From an uncultured Candidatus Peribacteria bacterium (GTDB taxonomy: Bacteria; Patescibacteriota; Gracilibacteria; UBA1369): a stretch of DNA of 64,000 nucleotides. The stretch spans positions 322,544-386,543 of the forward strand of contig CAZNDB010000001.1 in NCBI GenBank assembly GCA_964571725.1, given 5' to 3'. The notes beneath the pieces were generated by a model, which saw only the letters and a list, made by a program, of their open reading frames with translations, did no database searches and was not told the DNA's origin. The stretch's first letter is position 1; every line of letters starts with the position of its first letter. Positions 8,541 through 18,227 of the stretch are shown here, piece by piece. The position numbers were made by a program, and so were the translations under genes.

Positions 8541-9470
8541 TTATATCTGAATTACTTCGAAAGCAGAAGTAATTATATCACCAGTATAAGAATAAGCAAG
8601 AAATTTTTCGAGATTAAATCCGATGATTGTAGAATCGTAATTTCTGGCGGTAAAAAGACTAAAGTCCTTATTCTCATCATTGCTGAATTCCTGTCCGGAG
8701 AAAACCATATCACGCATGAATATATACTTTTTTTCCAGAGCTTCATTTCCTGCCATAATTGTCCGGAAGTTTTCGCCGTGCAGTACATAAAAATTATAAG
8801 TTTCGGCAAAATCTTCAAAGGGGTCGGTCATGGCATAGCCGGTCACAAAGTCCTCCTCTTTGGCTGATTTTTTGATAGTTGATGCATTTAGGAAACTGAT
8901 TCTGTAAAAGCCCAGACTGGGATCATCCTGATAGATACTGCTCTTGCCGTCTTTGAATTCACTTTCCTTGACCCAAAAATTTCCGTTCATGACTCCCGTA
9001 TCCTGAATATGGCCCAATTCATGGACCAATACCGAAACCAGTTCCCCGTCACTAACGTTTTGGCAGCGCAGAATAATAGTTGACCCGCCTCCCAGCCCCC
9101 GACTGCCCTCCGGGCTGAAATATAAAGTCAGGTTCTTGATCTGTTTGGTGGTCTGCTCCGGCATGGCCTGGAGTGTCTTGTAAACCAGTGATGCACATTT
9201 GTTCTTTTCATAAGGATTATCCACACTGTCTTGGTCGTAATCCTGTCCCGGGTGCAGAGTAATCCCCAGGTCCGTGAGCCGTTTCAGATAATCCTGCTCT
9301 TCGATTTGAGAGTAGAGATCTGAAGTTAATTGAATGTTTTGGGCAACCGGACGGCTGTCATAACCGTTTTCAGTAAAGGCCTGTCCCGCCTCCAGAATTT
9401 CAGTTCCGAAATTCAGGCCGAAGATTGTCTGTATCCCGATAATAAAGGCAAAAAGATAAGTTCTTAGCAT
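8541..9470 (-). CDS. secreted or anchored gluzincin-type zinc metallopeptidase-like protein (HExxH plus downstream E-x-FAE)
   Basis: 309 aa. Has an N-terminal hydrophobic signal/anchor (LFAFIIGIQTIFGL), HELGH in VLVHELGHIQD, and DPFEDFAETYNFY about 75 aa downstream. Confidence 0.7.
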   Translation of the reverse strand: MLRTYLFAFIIGIQTIFGLNFGTEILEAGQAFTENGYDSRPVAQNIQLTSDLYSQIEEQDYLKRLTDLGITLHPGQDYDQDSVDNPYEKNKCASLVYKTLQAMPEQTTKQIKNLTLYFSPEGSRGLGGGSTIILRCQNVSDGELVSVLVHELGHIQDTGVMNGNFWVKESEFKDGKSSIYQDDPSLGFYRISFLNASTIKKSAKEEDFVTGYAMTDPFEDFAETYNFYVLHGENFRTIMAGNEALEKKYIFMRDMVFSGQEFSNDENKDFSLFTARNYDSTIIGFNLEKFLAYSYTGDIITSAFEVIQI

Positions 9471-9529
9471 GTTATTGCTGTTAACTGACCAATTTTGTCT
9501 TTATTTTTGGAATTTTAGCTGAAGAAGCG

Positions 9530-9557
9530 ATTATATACTAAAAGGGCCCAAAGTCAA
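9530..9557 (-). promoter_or_regulatory. near-consensus sigma70 promoter (TTGACT-16-TATAAT) for 8541-9470
   Basis: On the minus strand, TTGACT is at 9557-9552 and TATAAT at 9535-9530. Confidence 0.5.
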
Positions 9558-9588
9558 TGGGTGTGATATCTCGGCTTAATCGCTGAAT

Positions 9589-11199
9589 CTATTTTTTAAA
9601 TCTGACCAGGTATTTCAGAGTGCCTGTGCTTGAAACAAAAACGGTGCCGTGTGGCTCGCACTTGCCTTCCACCTTGCTTTTATCCACTTTTTCCTTCTCA
9701 ATCAGAAATCTCTCCGCGTCATCAATGCAGGCCAATAGTGTTTGATTCAGGGCTTTATCGTCTCCCTGCACATTATTCATTTGTTTCCCGACAATCATAT
9801 AGATGTAGCCATCAGTGGCCGCCCGGTATTTCAGATTATATCTGGCTTCCAGCTGCCCTCCGGCATTGGTATCGATGTAATTTTTGGCAATAGACTGATC
9901 TGCGCGCAGCAGACGATCCTTGATTGCGTCATTTACATCCTTTTCATCCTGTACAATTTCGCCGAATTTGGTGGCAAAAGCTTTCAATTCGTCCGGAGTA
10001 GCCTCATGTCCGAACCATTTTTTGTATTTTTCCGCCATCCAGAGAGCGGGGGCGCTGGAGGTCAGATAGTTATAACCGCGTTTGAACGAATCGCTGATTC
10101 CCTCGGTTACGCGGGAAGTCAGGCTTTCTTTCATTTTTATGTCCGTATCGTTGGACATTTCTATGATGGCGACCTGGCTGAAACTGATCGGGGGCTGATA
10201 TTTCTCATATTTCTTGAGATTGTCGGCCGGTCCGTATTTTTTCATGAAAATCTCAAAAGCGGCATAGGCCTCGTTTTTGGGCATCTTCATTCCGGGCACA
10301 TCGATAGCGCCTTGTCCTGCAGAGTATTGGGTCAACAGTACATTGAAGGGCGTATCTCCCATCTGTACAAAAGCCTTGGTCATCAGTTCTGCGCCTTTTT
10401 CATCTGTTCTGTAGGCCTCCATCAGAAATTTGCTGCCTCTGGGGCTTCCTTCGGTTGTGCCGGTGGCAAAGTCTACAAAACTTTCACCGGAAAACAGATA
10501 CCATACTTTATTGAACAACCAGGCTCCGCCTGCGACTTTCAGACCGGTCATCAACGTTTCCTTGATGGTTTTCATGATACCTTCCTCATTGGAGGATTTG
10601 AACATCCAGATTCCGCCCAACAGAGCCATGCCGGCCATGGCCAGCTTCTGTCCGGTGGATAATTTGTCCCAGTTTTCCCTGGCGTCTCCCAGCTTGTCCT
10701 GAATGGAGTCCATCACGCCCTGGGGTTTGGTAAAGATTGTTTTGCGGGCCTCTGCCGAAGCTTTGCTGACATTCAGAAAGCGGCTGGCCTGGGTTTTGAT
10801 CAGGTCATAAAATTCCCAAGCTGCTACTACCTTTTCCGCTTCACTGGCTTTCATGCTGGTGGGCGGAGTTTTCAGGTTTTCCAATGTGGAAAGCACCACG
10901 GCCTTGTCTCTTTCCATCAATTCCAGCTGGCCGTAGGTCTGTAATATCTTCCTGGCTTCAGTCAGTTTGCCGTTAATCATCTTTTCTGTAGCAGTTTTTC
11001 CTTCGGCAGTCAGATTGATGGCCGTATCCAGCTTAAATCCGTCTGCTCCGATCACGCCCGGTCTTTGCAGAAATTCCAGCACCCTTCTGTCATTCAGAGT
11101 CTGTTTATCGGGGGAAACCTCATTGTTAGAATCCTTGATGTCCCTTGCTCTCAGCGCGTCCAGACTTGTAGGTAACACCTCTTGATTTGATGGAGCCAT
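9589..11199 (-). CDS. hypothetical 536-aa protein with central hydrophobic hairpin
   Basis: Long ORF of native composition. No signal peptide. Two moderately hydrophobic segments (LAMAGMALLGGIWMF and GLKVAGGAWLFNKVWYLF) lie about 22 aa apart. Confidence 0.7.
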   Translation of the reverse strand: MAPSNQEVLPTSLDALRARDIKDSNNEVSPDKQTLNDRRVLEFLQRPGVIGADGFKLDTAINLTAEGKTATEKMINGKLTEARKILQTYGQLELMERDKAVVLSTLENLKTPPTSMKASEAEKVVAAWEFYDLIKTQASRFLNVSKASAEARKTIFTKPQGVMDSIQDKLGDARENWDKLSTGQKLAMAGMALLGGIWMFKSSNEEGIMKTIKETLMTGLKVAGGAWLFNKVWYLFSGESFVDFATGTTEGSPRGSKFLMEAYRTDEKGAELMTKAFVQMGDTPFNVLLTQYSAGQGAIDVPGMKMPKNEAYAAFEIFMKKYGPADNLKKYEKYQPPISFSQVAIIEMSNDTDIKMKESLTSRVTEGISDSFKRGYNYLTSSAPALWMAEKYKKWFGHEATPDELKAFATKFGEIVQDEKDVNDAIKDRLLRADQSIAKNYIDTNAGGQLEARYNLKYRAATDGYIYMIVGKQMNNVQGDDKALNQTLLACIDDAERFLIEKEKVDKSKVEGKCEPHGTVFVSSTGTLKYLVRFKK

Positions 11200-11226
11200 T
11201 TACAAGGCATAGTGATTAATCCTTAT

Positions 11227-11256
11227 ATTCTAGCACAAAAAGGAGGATTTCATCAA
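11227..11256 (-). promoter_or_regulatory. candidate extended -10 promoter (TTGATG-18-TGcTAGAAT) for 9589-11199
   Basis: Hexamers read on the minus strand between the upstream terminator and the ATG at 11199. Confidence 0.4.
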
Positions 11257-11276
11257 GGCTGGCAGACTATATTACA

Positions 11277-11322
11277 AACCAAAAATGAGGGAAGAGCAAG
11301 CGATCCTTGCTTCCCCCTCATT
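11277..11322 (-). terminator. rho-independent terminator after 11337-13703
   Basis: AATGAGGG...CCCTCATT stem with an extended imperfect helix and a CGATC loop, followed on the minus strand by TTTTTGGTTTG. Confidence 0.65.
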
Positions 11323-11336
11323 TACTTGAATAGCGT

Positions 11337-13703
11337 CTATTTGGAAGGAACAACCTGTCCTGGATTATATTGTAAATACCAGTTTACAAATTTCAGGTAT
11401 CCGACCCAGTACTCGGCATCCAGTCGTGCCAGGCGGGATTGATGTAGTGTCATTCCTTCGTGGTTTTGCAGTGATTGTTGAATTTTGGTCAGTTTGGATT
11501 GAATCTCGGACAGGTTGACTGAATATTGGTTGACCGAGGGGTTGGAACCGGAATGTCCATTATGAATAATACTGAATCGGGCTGCCTGTGAACCGGCCAG
11601 CTTTTGAGTTTCCTGTAAAAGCTTCTGGGCATGCCCCTGGGGAACCATAGCTTCTGCCACATTTACCAGCTTTACGGTTGTTTCGGCTTCAGCCATCGTT
11701 GTATCAATGGCTCTGAGCATTTCATTGATCTTTTCCAGATCCGCAACCTTTTCCATTGTTTTCATTTGGGCAATTACTGAATCCAGTTTTGGCAGTACTG
11801 TGTCCAGTCTCAGATCAACATTTCGTTTTGCGATCTGCGGGGCCAGGATTTTCGCATCAGCCTCAATCTCGGACAGCCGGCGTTTATATGCCGATACTTT
11901 TGCTTCCACCAGCCGCAGTTCCGCGAATTTCTCAGTCAGGGTCAGTACCTGGGTAGATTTATCCTCCACAGTAGGCCGTGATATCACCTCCTGAGGGGGT
12001 CTGACTATTTCCGGAGTCCGGACTCTGGCTGTTTTGAGCAGTCGGGGAGCCGGCGCAGGGTTAATTCTTTGTGGTCTGCTGTGCTGTACCACCGGAGTTC
12101 GGTTTACCTTCTCAGGTTGCGGAGCAGGAACAACCTGTCTAACCGGTTCCTGCACCACCGGGGTTTTTAGATCTTCAACAGGCGGATTCTGACTTTCCTG
12201 TAATGTAAATTCCTCATCACGCTTTTTGTCATTATGATTAACGGTTTCCGTAGTGGGATTTTCACCACTGTCGGTATTGGCCGCTGTGTCGGATGGAACA
12301 GGGGCCTCATTGCCGGAATTCAAATACTTGTTTGGTCCGACCAGAATTCCCAATCCCAGAGCTGCTGCACCGGCCGCCAAAGCAGAAGCAGTACGCCAAA
12401 ATTTTCGTTTTTGGGGAGGAACAGGAGGTTCATTGCCACTTCCGCCTCCCTTTCCATCTCCGCTTCCAACGGTAGCGGTACTGTTTATTGAGTTAATACT
12501 TAGTTTGCGCAAATTGGGTTTTGGGGCTGCCGGTTTGGCAGGCGAAGAAACCGCCTTGATAATGTTTTCTCTGACCCTGAGTAAACGGGAGTCGTTCAGC
12601 ATTTCATCGATGTTTTCCCGGGCGGAATGATTGGCTTCCAGGGCTTCCAGATCCTGATTATATTTTTCGGTTCTGCAGGCAAGTCTGTACTCGACCATAG
12701 TTTTAACTGCCTGATAATGGACTGAATTTTCGTCAAATTTACATTCAACAACAAAGTCACTAAGCATCAGCCGGTCAGTCGTATTAAAGCGGGGGATGCT
12801 GTCGCCATAGTTATATTTAACGTATTGAGCGATAGAGTCGTAAGCCGAGTTGATTTGTCTCAGGTCTCTTTGATAATCCAGCCGGAGTTTCTCCAAATCA
12901 TAAGCCTTTTGACGTTTGAGGCCCTCCAATATTTCGATTTTGGGAGTAGCCTGCAATGTATCGGGTAACAACGCGTCGATAGCCCTGGGCAAAGCCGTAA
13001 CAACAGACTTAGCAGCTCCCAGTAAAGCTCTACCAAGATTTTTTAATCTTGAACCGCGATACTGTGCAGTGGAGTCATACCTGCGTTTCATTTCATTTTG
13101 TTCTGCTTCCTGCAGACTCAGTTCGTCCAGATAATCGGTCAGTCTCAGTTTTTCATCTACCAGCAAAGCAGTCTGACGGTCGGGAGCACTTCGTAAAAAA
13201 GCATCCAATTCGGCATCTCCCAGATCTTCCTGCGGATAATCCAGATTTTCCAGAGTCAGTCGGTTGTTGCCTGGATCAAGCGTAAGTTTGCTCTCCGGAA
13301 TCGCGGATGGGACAACATTGATCGGCACCTCGTTAACTACGGAGATGTTGGTGGTTTCGGTAAGTACCCTGTTGGCAAATTTGGCAAATGCCGCTGCGGC
13401 AGGAGAATAATTCTGGTGTTCATTATATTCATAACGGTTATTGAACCCCGGCAATAAGGCCTGTCTGGTCTCGTCAATAATTGCCACAGCAGCTGAGCTC
13501 ATCGAATTTTCCAATCCGGGCAAAACGGCTTGTCCCTGTGAATCAATCAGCCTTCCCTGATGAATTTCAGGGGATTTGGGCGTTTCATCAACTTTGTATC
13601 GGACCCCGCTGTCAGCAAGGTTATCGCGAAAATCAGCCCGGGCTGGTGAATCCTCTCCTTTTACTATTCTCAGTTGTAGAACGGAGGCTCGTTGATTGTG
13701 CAT
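11337..13703 (-). CDS. hypothetical 788-aa protein with a single central transmembrane helix, a Pro-rich segment and coiled coils
   Basis: Long ORF. KRKFWR precedes the helix TASALAAGAAALGLGILVGP. No N-terminal signal peptide and no recognisable catalytic motif. Confidence 0.7.
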   Translation of the reverse strand: MHNQRASVLQLRIVKGEDSPARADFRDNLADSGVRYKVDETPKSPEIHQGRLIDSQGQAVLPGLENSMSSAAVAIIDETRQALLPGFNNRYEYNEHQNYSPAAAAFAKFANRVLTETTNISVVNEVPINVVPSAIPESKLTLDPGNNRLTLENLDYPQEDLGDAELDAFLRSAPDRQTALLVDEKLRLTDYLDELSLQEAEQNEMKRRYDSTAQYRGSRLKNLGRALLGAAKSVVTALPRAIDALLPDTLQATPKIEILEGLKRQKAYDLEKLRLDYQRDLRQINSAYDSIAQYVKYNYGDSIPRFNTTDRLMLSDFVVECKFDENSVHYQAVKTMVEYRLACRTEKYNQDLEALEANHSARENIDEMLNDSRLLRVRENIIKAVSSPAKPAAPKPNLRKLSINSINSTATVGSGDGKGGGSGNEPPVPPQKRKFWRTASALAAGAAALGLGILVGPNKYLNSGNEAPVPSDTAANTDSGENPTTETVNHNDKKRDEEFTLQESQNPPVEDLKTPVVQEPVRQVVPAPQPEKVNRTPVVQHSRPQRINPAPAPRLLKTARVRTPEIVRPPQEVISRPTVEDKSTQVLTLTEKFAELRLVEAKVSAYKRRLSEIEADAKILAPQIAKRNVDLRLDTVLPKLDSVIAQMKTMEKVADLEKINEMLRAIDTTMAEAETTVKLVNVAEAMVPQGHAQKLLQETQKLAGSQAARFSIIHNGHSGSNPSVNQYSVNLSEIQSKLTKIQQSLQNHEGMTLHQSRLARLDAEYWVGYLKFVNWYLQYNPGQVVPSK

Positions 13704-13765
13704 ATGGTTCGATTAACAAAAATACTTGGAGCTGAAAACTTTTCTAAAATTTATAATTAAAAATA

Positions 13766-13788
13766 GGCGATACTATTACATTATCGCC
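13766..13788 (-). terminator. rho-independent terminator after 13821-18227
   Basis: GGCGATA/TATCGCC stem with a 9-nt loop, followed on the minus strand by TATTTTTAATTATAAATTTT. Confidence 0.55.
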
Positions 13789-13820
13789 CAACCTTGTCAA
13801 GAGAGGGAATTATTTTATAA

Positions 13821-16800
13821 TCAGTTTTTACGCAGCAGTTTGAGCCAGGCCAATACGGTTTTGGCAGTGCTTAACATAGTCGTTACCTCCTTGATTTTAC
13901 CGCTTCTGAGCATTTCACTGATTTTTTGTAATGAATCGGATTTGTTTAAAGCTTCCAGCAGATCAACCGGCTGGTTATTGGAAATGGCCAGGGAAAGAGC
14001 GGCCCTCTTCTTATTCTTCTTGGGCAGCAATTCTTTTCCCGCATAAGTTAAAGTAAACAGGAAGGTTAACACATCGGGATATTGATTTATCAATTTGATA
14101 AAATTGACGTATTTTTTGCTGTCGCTCAATTTAAGTTCGCCGAAAAAGTGCAGTATCAGATTGGTCACCATGCTGTCCGCCCCAATTAGCGCTCCCAGAT
14201 TTTCCAGAGCCCGCTTTTCCAGTTCCTCAAATTTAGTAGCTTCGGCCTGATCTTTGCTCAAAATAACTATTTCAGTGGCCGGAGTAAGCGCGGGTGCGGA
14301 AGTAAGAGCTGGAACAGAAGTAGGCGCAGGTGCGGGAGTGGGGGCGGTAGCGGCTGTCGGGGCAGGTGCAGGGGCGGCGGGAGCGGGAGTGGATTCCGGA
14401 GCCGGAGTGGAGGCGGGGGAAGGTGCAGGTGTAGGTGAGGGTGTAGGGGAGGCAGCAGGTGCGGCCGTCGTGGTTGCGATGCGCCTTTTATGCCATTCTT
14501 CAGGAATTTCCATCAGTCCGACTCCGTAAGATTCCATTTCCGTAAGAATATCCGCCAGGGGACGGGCATCGGCAGATAAAAATTTGTAATAAAATTCAAT
14601 GAACTCTGCAATCTGATCGCTTCTTGGCTCAAGACTTTCCCTGTTCAGTAAATTCAGATTGGTAGCAAGATTTAACATGAAATCATAGAGACGTGTCGAG
14701 AAAAAAGCATCAAAATCTTCTATTGTGGAAATGTTAAACACAGACATCAGGTACTTGGCAATCGGTCTGAAATCGGCTGTAGCATTTACGAAAACGCCTT
14801 GCAGCCAAAGATTTATATTTTCAGACAAAATATCAAATCTTTCAATTTCCTCGGAAGCAAGGCCTCCTATGTGCAGATTGTTTTCCAGGTCCAGATAGGC
14901 TGTGGAGCGCAACTCTGGTAATTCGCCGGGCAGTCCCGCGCCAAAGTCAACATTGGCAAATTGAATCTTATTTTTATACCAATAAACTTGTCCGCCATTA
15001 TCTCTGGTATGTCCGTGTATCACTCTGTGAATTCCCAGGTCAGCCAGCTTGTCCAATTGGGCTGTTATGGCCGGATCGGTCAATGATTTCTGGAAATTTC
15101 TGTTTTTGGGGTGCAGAAACATTCTGCAAAGCTCGGTAAAACGGGGATATCCAGTCATTTGTTTTTGCTCTAGTAAAAGAGCTTTCAGCGTATCAGAAAA
15201 TTCCCGGTTTAGTCCGGCAATTGTATCGTCAAGATTAGGGCCACGGGTCAATTCAGTCAGAATATCCGGGGTGAGTTCCGTGTGTATAAACATAGTGTCC
15301 CCATCTCGGGAAAGCAGTTTCATTTTACAGATTTCCTCCAGTAGTTTCTTTCCTTCAACGTCTGCAAGCATATTCTGTCTGACCTCTTTCCCCAAGGCCA
15401 GAAACTTATCCGTATCGCTGTTAAAATTTTTGTCAATATCCTGTTTAATCTCTTCCATAACATCACCCTTGAAGGATTGGCCATACTGTGTATAACGAGC
15501 TATAAATTCTGTAATGCCGAGTCCCTGCCAAGAGTTGATCATCGCGTTGCCCCAGCTGTGTCTGGCAGCCAATAGATCTCCCTCGCCGGCCATCAGACGA
15601 TCTGTCAGAAAAGCAACTGCCAGGTCTTCGTGGTTGCCAAAATGCGAAACAATTACCCCGTTCTGTTCTGCTGCGGCCTGCCTCAATTCCGTTAACGTGG
15701 TCAATATATCCAGGCCATTGGTTAGTCTGTCGCCGATATTGTCACCGATCAGAATCAATTTTCTGTTGCCGGCAATCCATGACCAGGTCTGATCCGGGTG
15801 GATTTCAATTATTTTCAGAGTTACAAGATTGTTGATAAAAGCCTCATAGCTGCCGTTTAAGTCTCCAATTATTAGTACCTCAGTATGTCTTGGTACCTCA
15901 TGGGCTTCCAGTACAGTCGGCGGGGGAAGTGTACTGATTGTGGTTTGTAATACTGGTGCCGGAGCAGGTCCGGGCGCAGACGGGGGTGCAGCGGGAGGTG
16001 CCGGGGGAGTTACTGGTGCGGGTGCCGGAGCGGGAGTAGGAGCCGTAGCAGGTGCAGGCGCAGACGGCGGTGCAGCGGGAGGTGCCGGGGGAGTTACTGG
16101 TGCGGGTGCCGGAGCGGGAGCAGGTGCGGGCGCTGGTGCAGGCGCAGACGGCGGTGCGGCGGGAGGTGCCGGGGGAGTTACTGGTGCGGGTGCCGGAGCG
16201 GGAGCAGGTGCGGGCGCTGGTGCAGGTGCAGACGGCGGTGCGGCGGGAGGTGCCGGGGGAGTTACTGGTGTGGGTGCAGGAGCGGGAGCAGGTGCGGGCG
16301 CAGGAGTTGGAGCAGGAGCAGGTGCTGGCGGCGTCGGGAATTGCGTAAGCGGGGGCAGTGTGAATTTCGGAATTAAGGGGGATTCATCGTCAGGCAAACG
16401 TCTGCTTTTCAGAAGCTCAAGTTTTTTCTGAACTTTTTTCAGTTCTTCACGTGCCGCATTCAGTTTGGGGTTAACAGATACCAGGGATGGTTCTATACCC
16501 ATAGTGCCCAACTCTTTATTTAAAATTTCCACCAGCCGTCCCTCCAGACCGTGATCTGCTTCATACTGCAGTACTTTTTCACGCAGTTTAAGATAAGTCT
16601 CACTAATCGCGGTGACATGTGACTTATAAGCCTCTTGTCCCATCCTGTTCACCTTTGGCAAGCGTGCCTGCCAGCTTCTTATCAACGTTACGTGATCTCC
16701 GAATTCCAGCCAGAATAGTCGTTCAGCCTCCGGAATGGACATTTTTTTGACGGATTTTTCTTTCTTATCGATTTCTCTAACTTCTTCCTGAAAAGTTGCT

Positions 16801-18227
16801 TTTTGTTTCTCCGCTTCTTCTTTTGTTTTCTTCAATTGTGCGGTTCGTTCTGCTATTGCCTCCAAAGCCGAGGCACCAAGTGCCTGAATATGGGATAACC
16901 TTTGTTCCAGCCTGGTTTGCCTGTCTCTGAATTCCGCATAGGTGGTGGTATTGGCTACATAGGAAGACAGCGCGTTCTGATTCCCCTCGACGCTGACTGT
17001 GTCGGGAGCCAGCTGCCGTGCCTTGACCAATATATATAATTCCAATTCAATCAAATCCTTTTCAATACTGGTTTGCAGATTGAAGGCATGAAAATATTTG
17101 CCGTCGTCCCGCTGCCCGTAAATAATTTCTCCTCCCACGACCGAGTCGAGTGACTGTAACAAGGTGGAATTGATTCTGCCGTTCTGTACGTCCTGTTCCA
17201 ATTGAGCTATTTCTTCTGCTTTTTGAAAATCGTTGACCCAGTCCTCGGACTCCCTGATTTTTGACACGATCGCCGCCAGTTTTTTACTAATGTCTTTTTT
17301 GACGGTCTCATTTGTTCCCAAGGCCGTAGAAAGCTTCTTCAGCGTTTCTTCCAGTTGTGCGATTCCGGCCAATAAAGTAGGTTTTTTGCGGCGGCTGGAT
17401 TCCAGATCGGCTTTATCTTTGGTGATTTTTTCAGCGGCTTTTACACCTGCCGAGGGATTATCGGCTTCTCTTTTGGATGGTAAATCGTAGGCTTTAGCCG
17501 ACCCCAATCTCAGCACCCGTCCAATTTTATGCATAAAGCCCTTGGTGGCCCGTCCGACTTTCCCGTCCCCCAAATCTTTGGCAACATCAGGGTTGACTGT
17601 CTTGGCGGGCATTAATCTGGCGAACTTATCGGAACTCTGTTCCGGTCCCTGCTGGTTGGGCATTAACTTGGCGAAAGCATCAGGCCCCGTTTGGAGAGAC
17701 ATACCCGAACTGGTGAGTTTAGCTTGCGCGGCAACTTCCTCCGTTTGAGTTGTTTTGATGGTCAGAACTCTGTTCAAGACGGATTGCTTGATCGTGTCCA
17801 ACAGGGCATCGTCAACGCCTGTTATACTCTGTTTGATGGTTTCCTCAATATCATTGTTTGCGTACAAATATTCTTTTACCGACTCATCAATTGCTTCGTG
17901 AATAAGATATTCGTTTGCAACATTGGTTAAATGCGCTTTGTCCAAAAGACTGTTTTTCTCTAGATTTTTTCTAATTAAAACGGAAAGTTCCCCGGCCAGA
18001 TGACGATCGGGATAAACGGCAAATATTAAATCCGCCAGTTTGGCTTCATCCAAAATAGCCAGTCTATCGGCCAACACACTGCTCTTCAGTTTGCCAATAT
18101 CCAACGGAAGCTTTTGAGCCAGATCAATTGCATAATCATGGGCGAAAGCATTTTGAAAAGCATCCAGATTCGGATCATCCGAGTCGGTATATTTTTCAGC
18201 TCCATATGTATTGGGACCGCTGACCAT
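13821..18227 (-). CDS. giant 1468-aa protein with a PPP/calcineurin-like metallophosphoesterase core flanked by Pro/Ala-rich linkers
   Basis: The motifs occur in canonical order: GDLNGS (a GDxHG variant), GDNIGDR, GNHE, and later VIHGHTRD. PAPAP/VTPPAPPAAPPSA repeats lie N-terminal of the core and a TP/AP-rich linker lies C-terminal. No signal peptide. Confidence 0.8.
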   Translation of the reverse strand: MVSGPNTYGAEKYTDSDDPNLDAFQNAFAHDYAIDLAQKLPLDIGKLKSSVLADRLAILDEAKLADLIFAVYPDRHLAGELSVLIRKNLEKNSLLDKAHLTNVANEYLIHEAIDESVKEYLYANNDIEETIKQSITGVDDALLDTIKQSVLNRVLTIKTTQTEEVAAQAKLTSSGMSLQTGPDAFAKLMPNQQGPEQSSDKFARLMPAKTVNPDVAKDLGDGKVGRATKGFMHKIGRVLRLGSAKAYDLPSKREADNPSAGVKAAEKITKDKADLESSRRKKPTLLAGIAQLEETLKKLSTALGTNETVKKDISKKLAAIVSKIRESEDWVNDFQKAEEIAQLEQDVQNGRINSTLLQSLDSVVGGEIIYGQRDDGKYFHAFNLQTSIEKDLIELELYILVKARQLAPDTVSVEGNQNALSSYVANTTTYAEFRDRQTRLEQRLSHIQALGASALEAIAERTAQLKKTKEEAEKQKATFQEEVREIDKKEKSVKKMSIPEAERLFWLEFGDHVTLIRSWQARLPKVNRMGQEAYKSHVTAISETYLKLREKVLQYEADHGLEGRLVEILNKELGTMGIEPSLVSVNPKLNAAREELKKVQKKLELLKSRRLPDDESPLIPKFTLPPLTQFPTPPAPAPAPTPAPAPAPAPAPTPVTPPAPPAAPPSAPAPAPAPAPAPAPAPVTPPAPPAAPPSAPAPAPAPAPAPAPAPVTPPAPPAAPPSAPAPATAPTPAPAPAPVTPPAPPAAPPSAPGPAPAPVLQTTISTLPPPTVLEAHEVPRHTEVLIIGDLNGSYEAFINNLVTLKIIEIHPDQTWSWIAGNRKLILIGDNIGDRLTNGLDILTTLTELRQAAAEQNGVIVSHFGNHEDLAVAFLTDRLMAGEGDLLAARHSWGNAMINSWQGLGITEFIARYTQYGQSFKGDVMEEIKQDIDKNFNSDTDKFLALGKEVRQNMLADVEGKKLLEEICKMKLLSRDGDTMFIHTELTPDILTELTRGPNLDDTIAGLNREFSDTLKALLLEQKQMTGYPRFTELCRMFLHPKNRNFQKSLTDPAITAQLDKLADLGIHRVIHGHTRDNGGQVYWYKNKIQFANVDFGAGLPGELPELRSTAYLDLENNLHIGGLASEEIERFDILSENINLWLQGVFVNATADFRPIAKYLMSVFNISTIEDFDAFFSTRLYDFMLNLATNLNLLNRESLEPRSDQIAEFIEFYYKFLSADARPLADILTEMESYGVGLMEIPEEWHKRRIATTTAAPAASPTPSPTPAPSPASTPAPESTPAPAAPAPAPTAATAPTPAPAPTSVPALTSAPALTPATEIVILSKDQAEATKFEELEKRALENLGALIGADSMVTNLILHFFGELKLSDSKKYVNFIKLINQYPDVLTFLFTLTYAGKELLPKKNKKRAALSLAISNNQPVDLLEALNKSDSLQKISEMLRSGKIKEVTTMLSTAKTVLAWLKLLRKN
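15976..16311 (-). repeat. four tandem 84-bp (28-aa) coding repeats, GC-rich, inside 13821-18227
   Basis: The unit starting GCAGACGGCGGTGC recurs at 15976, 16060, 16144 and 16228, an exact 84-nt period. It encodes VTPPAPPAAPPSAPAPAPAPAPAPAPAP. Confidence 0.85.

Noticed and set aside
15940-16431. 163-aa plus-strand Gly/Ala-rich ORF. I also asked whether the 84-bp periodic repeats could be a CRISPR-like array.
   Set aside because: This is the antisense frame of the Pro/Ala coding repeat inside the 1468-aa gene. The units are contiguous with no unique spacers, so it is not a CRISPR array.
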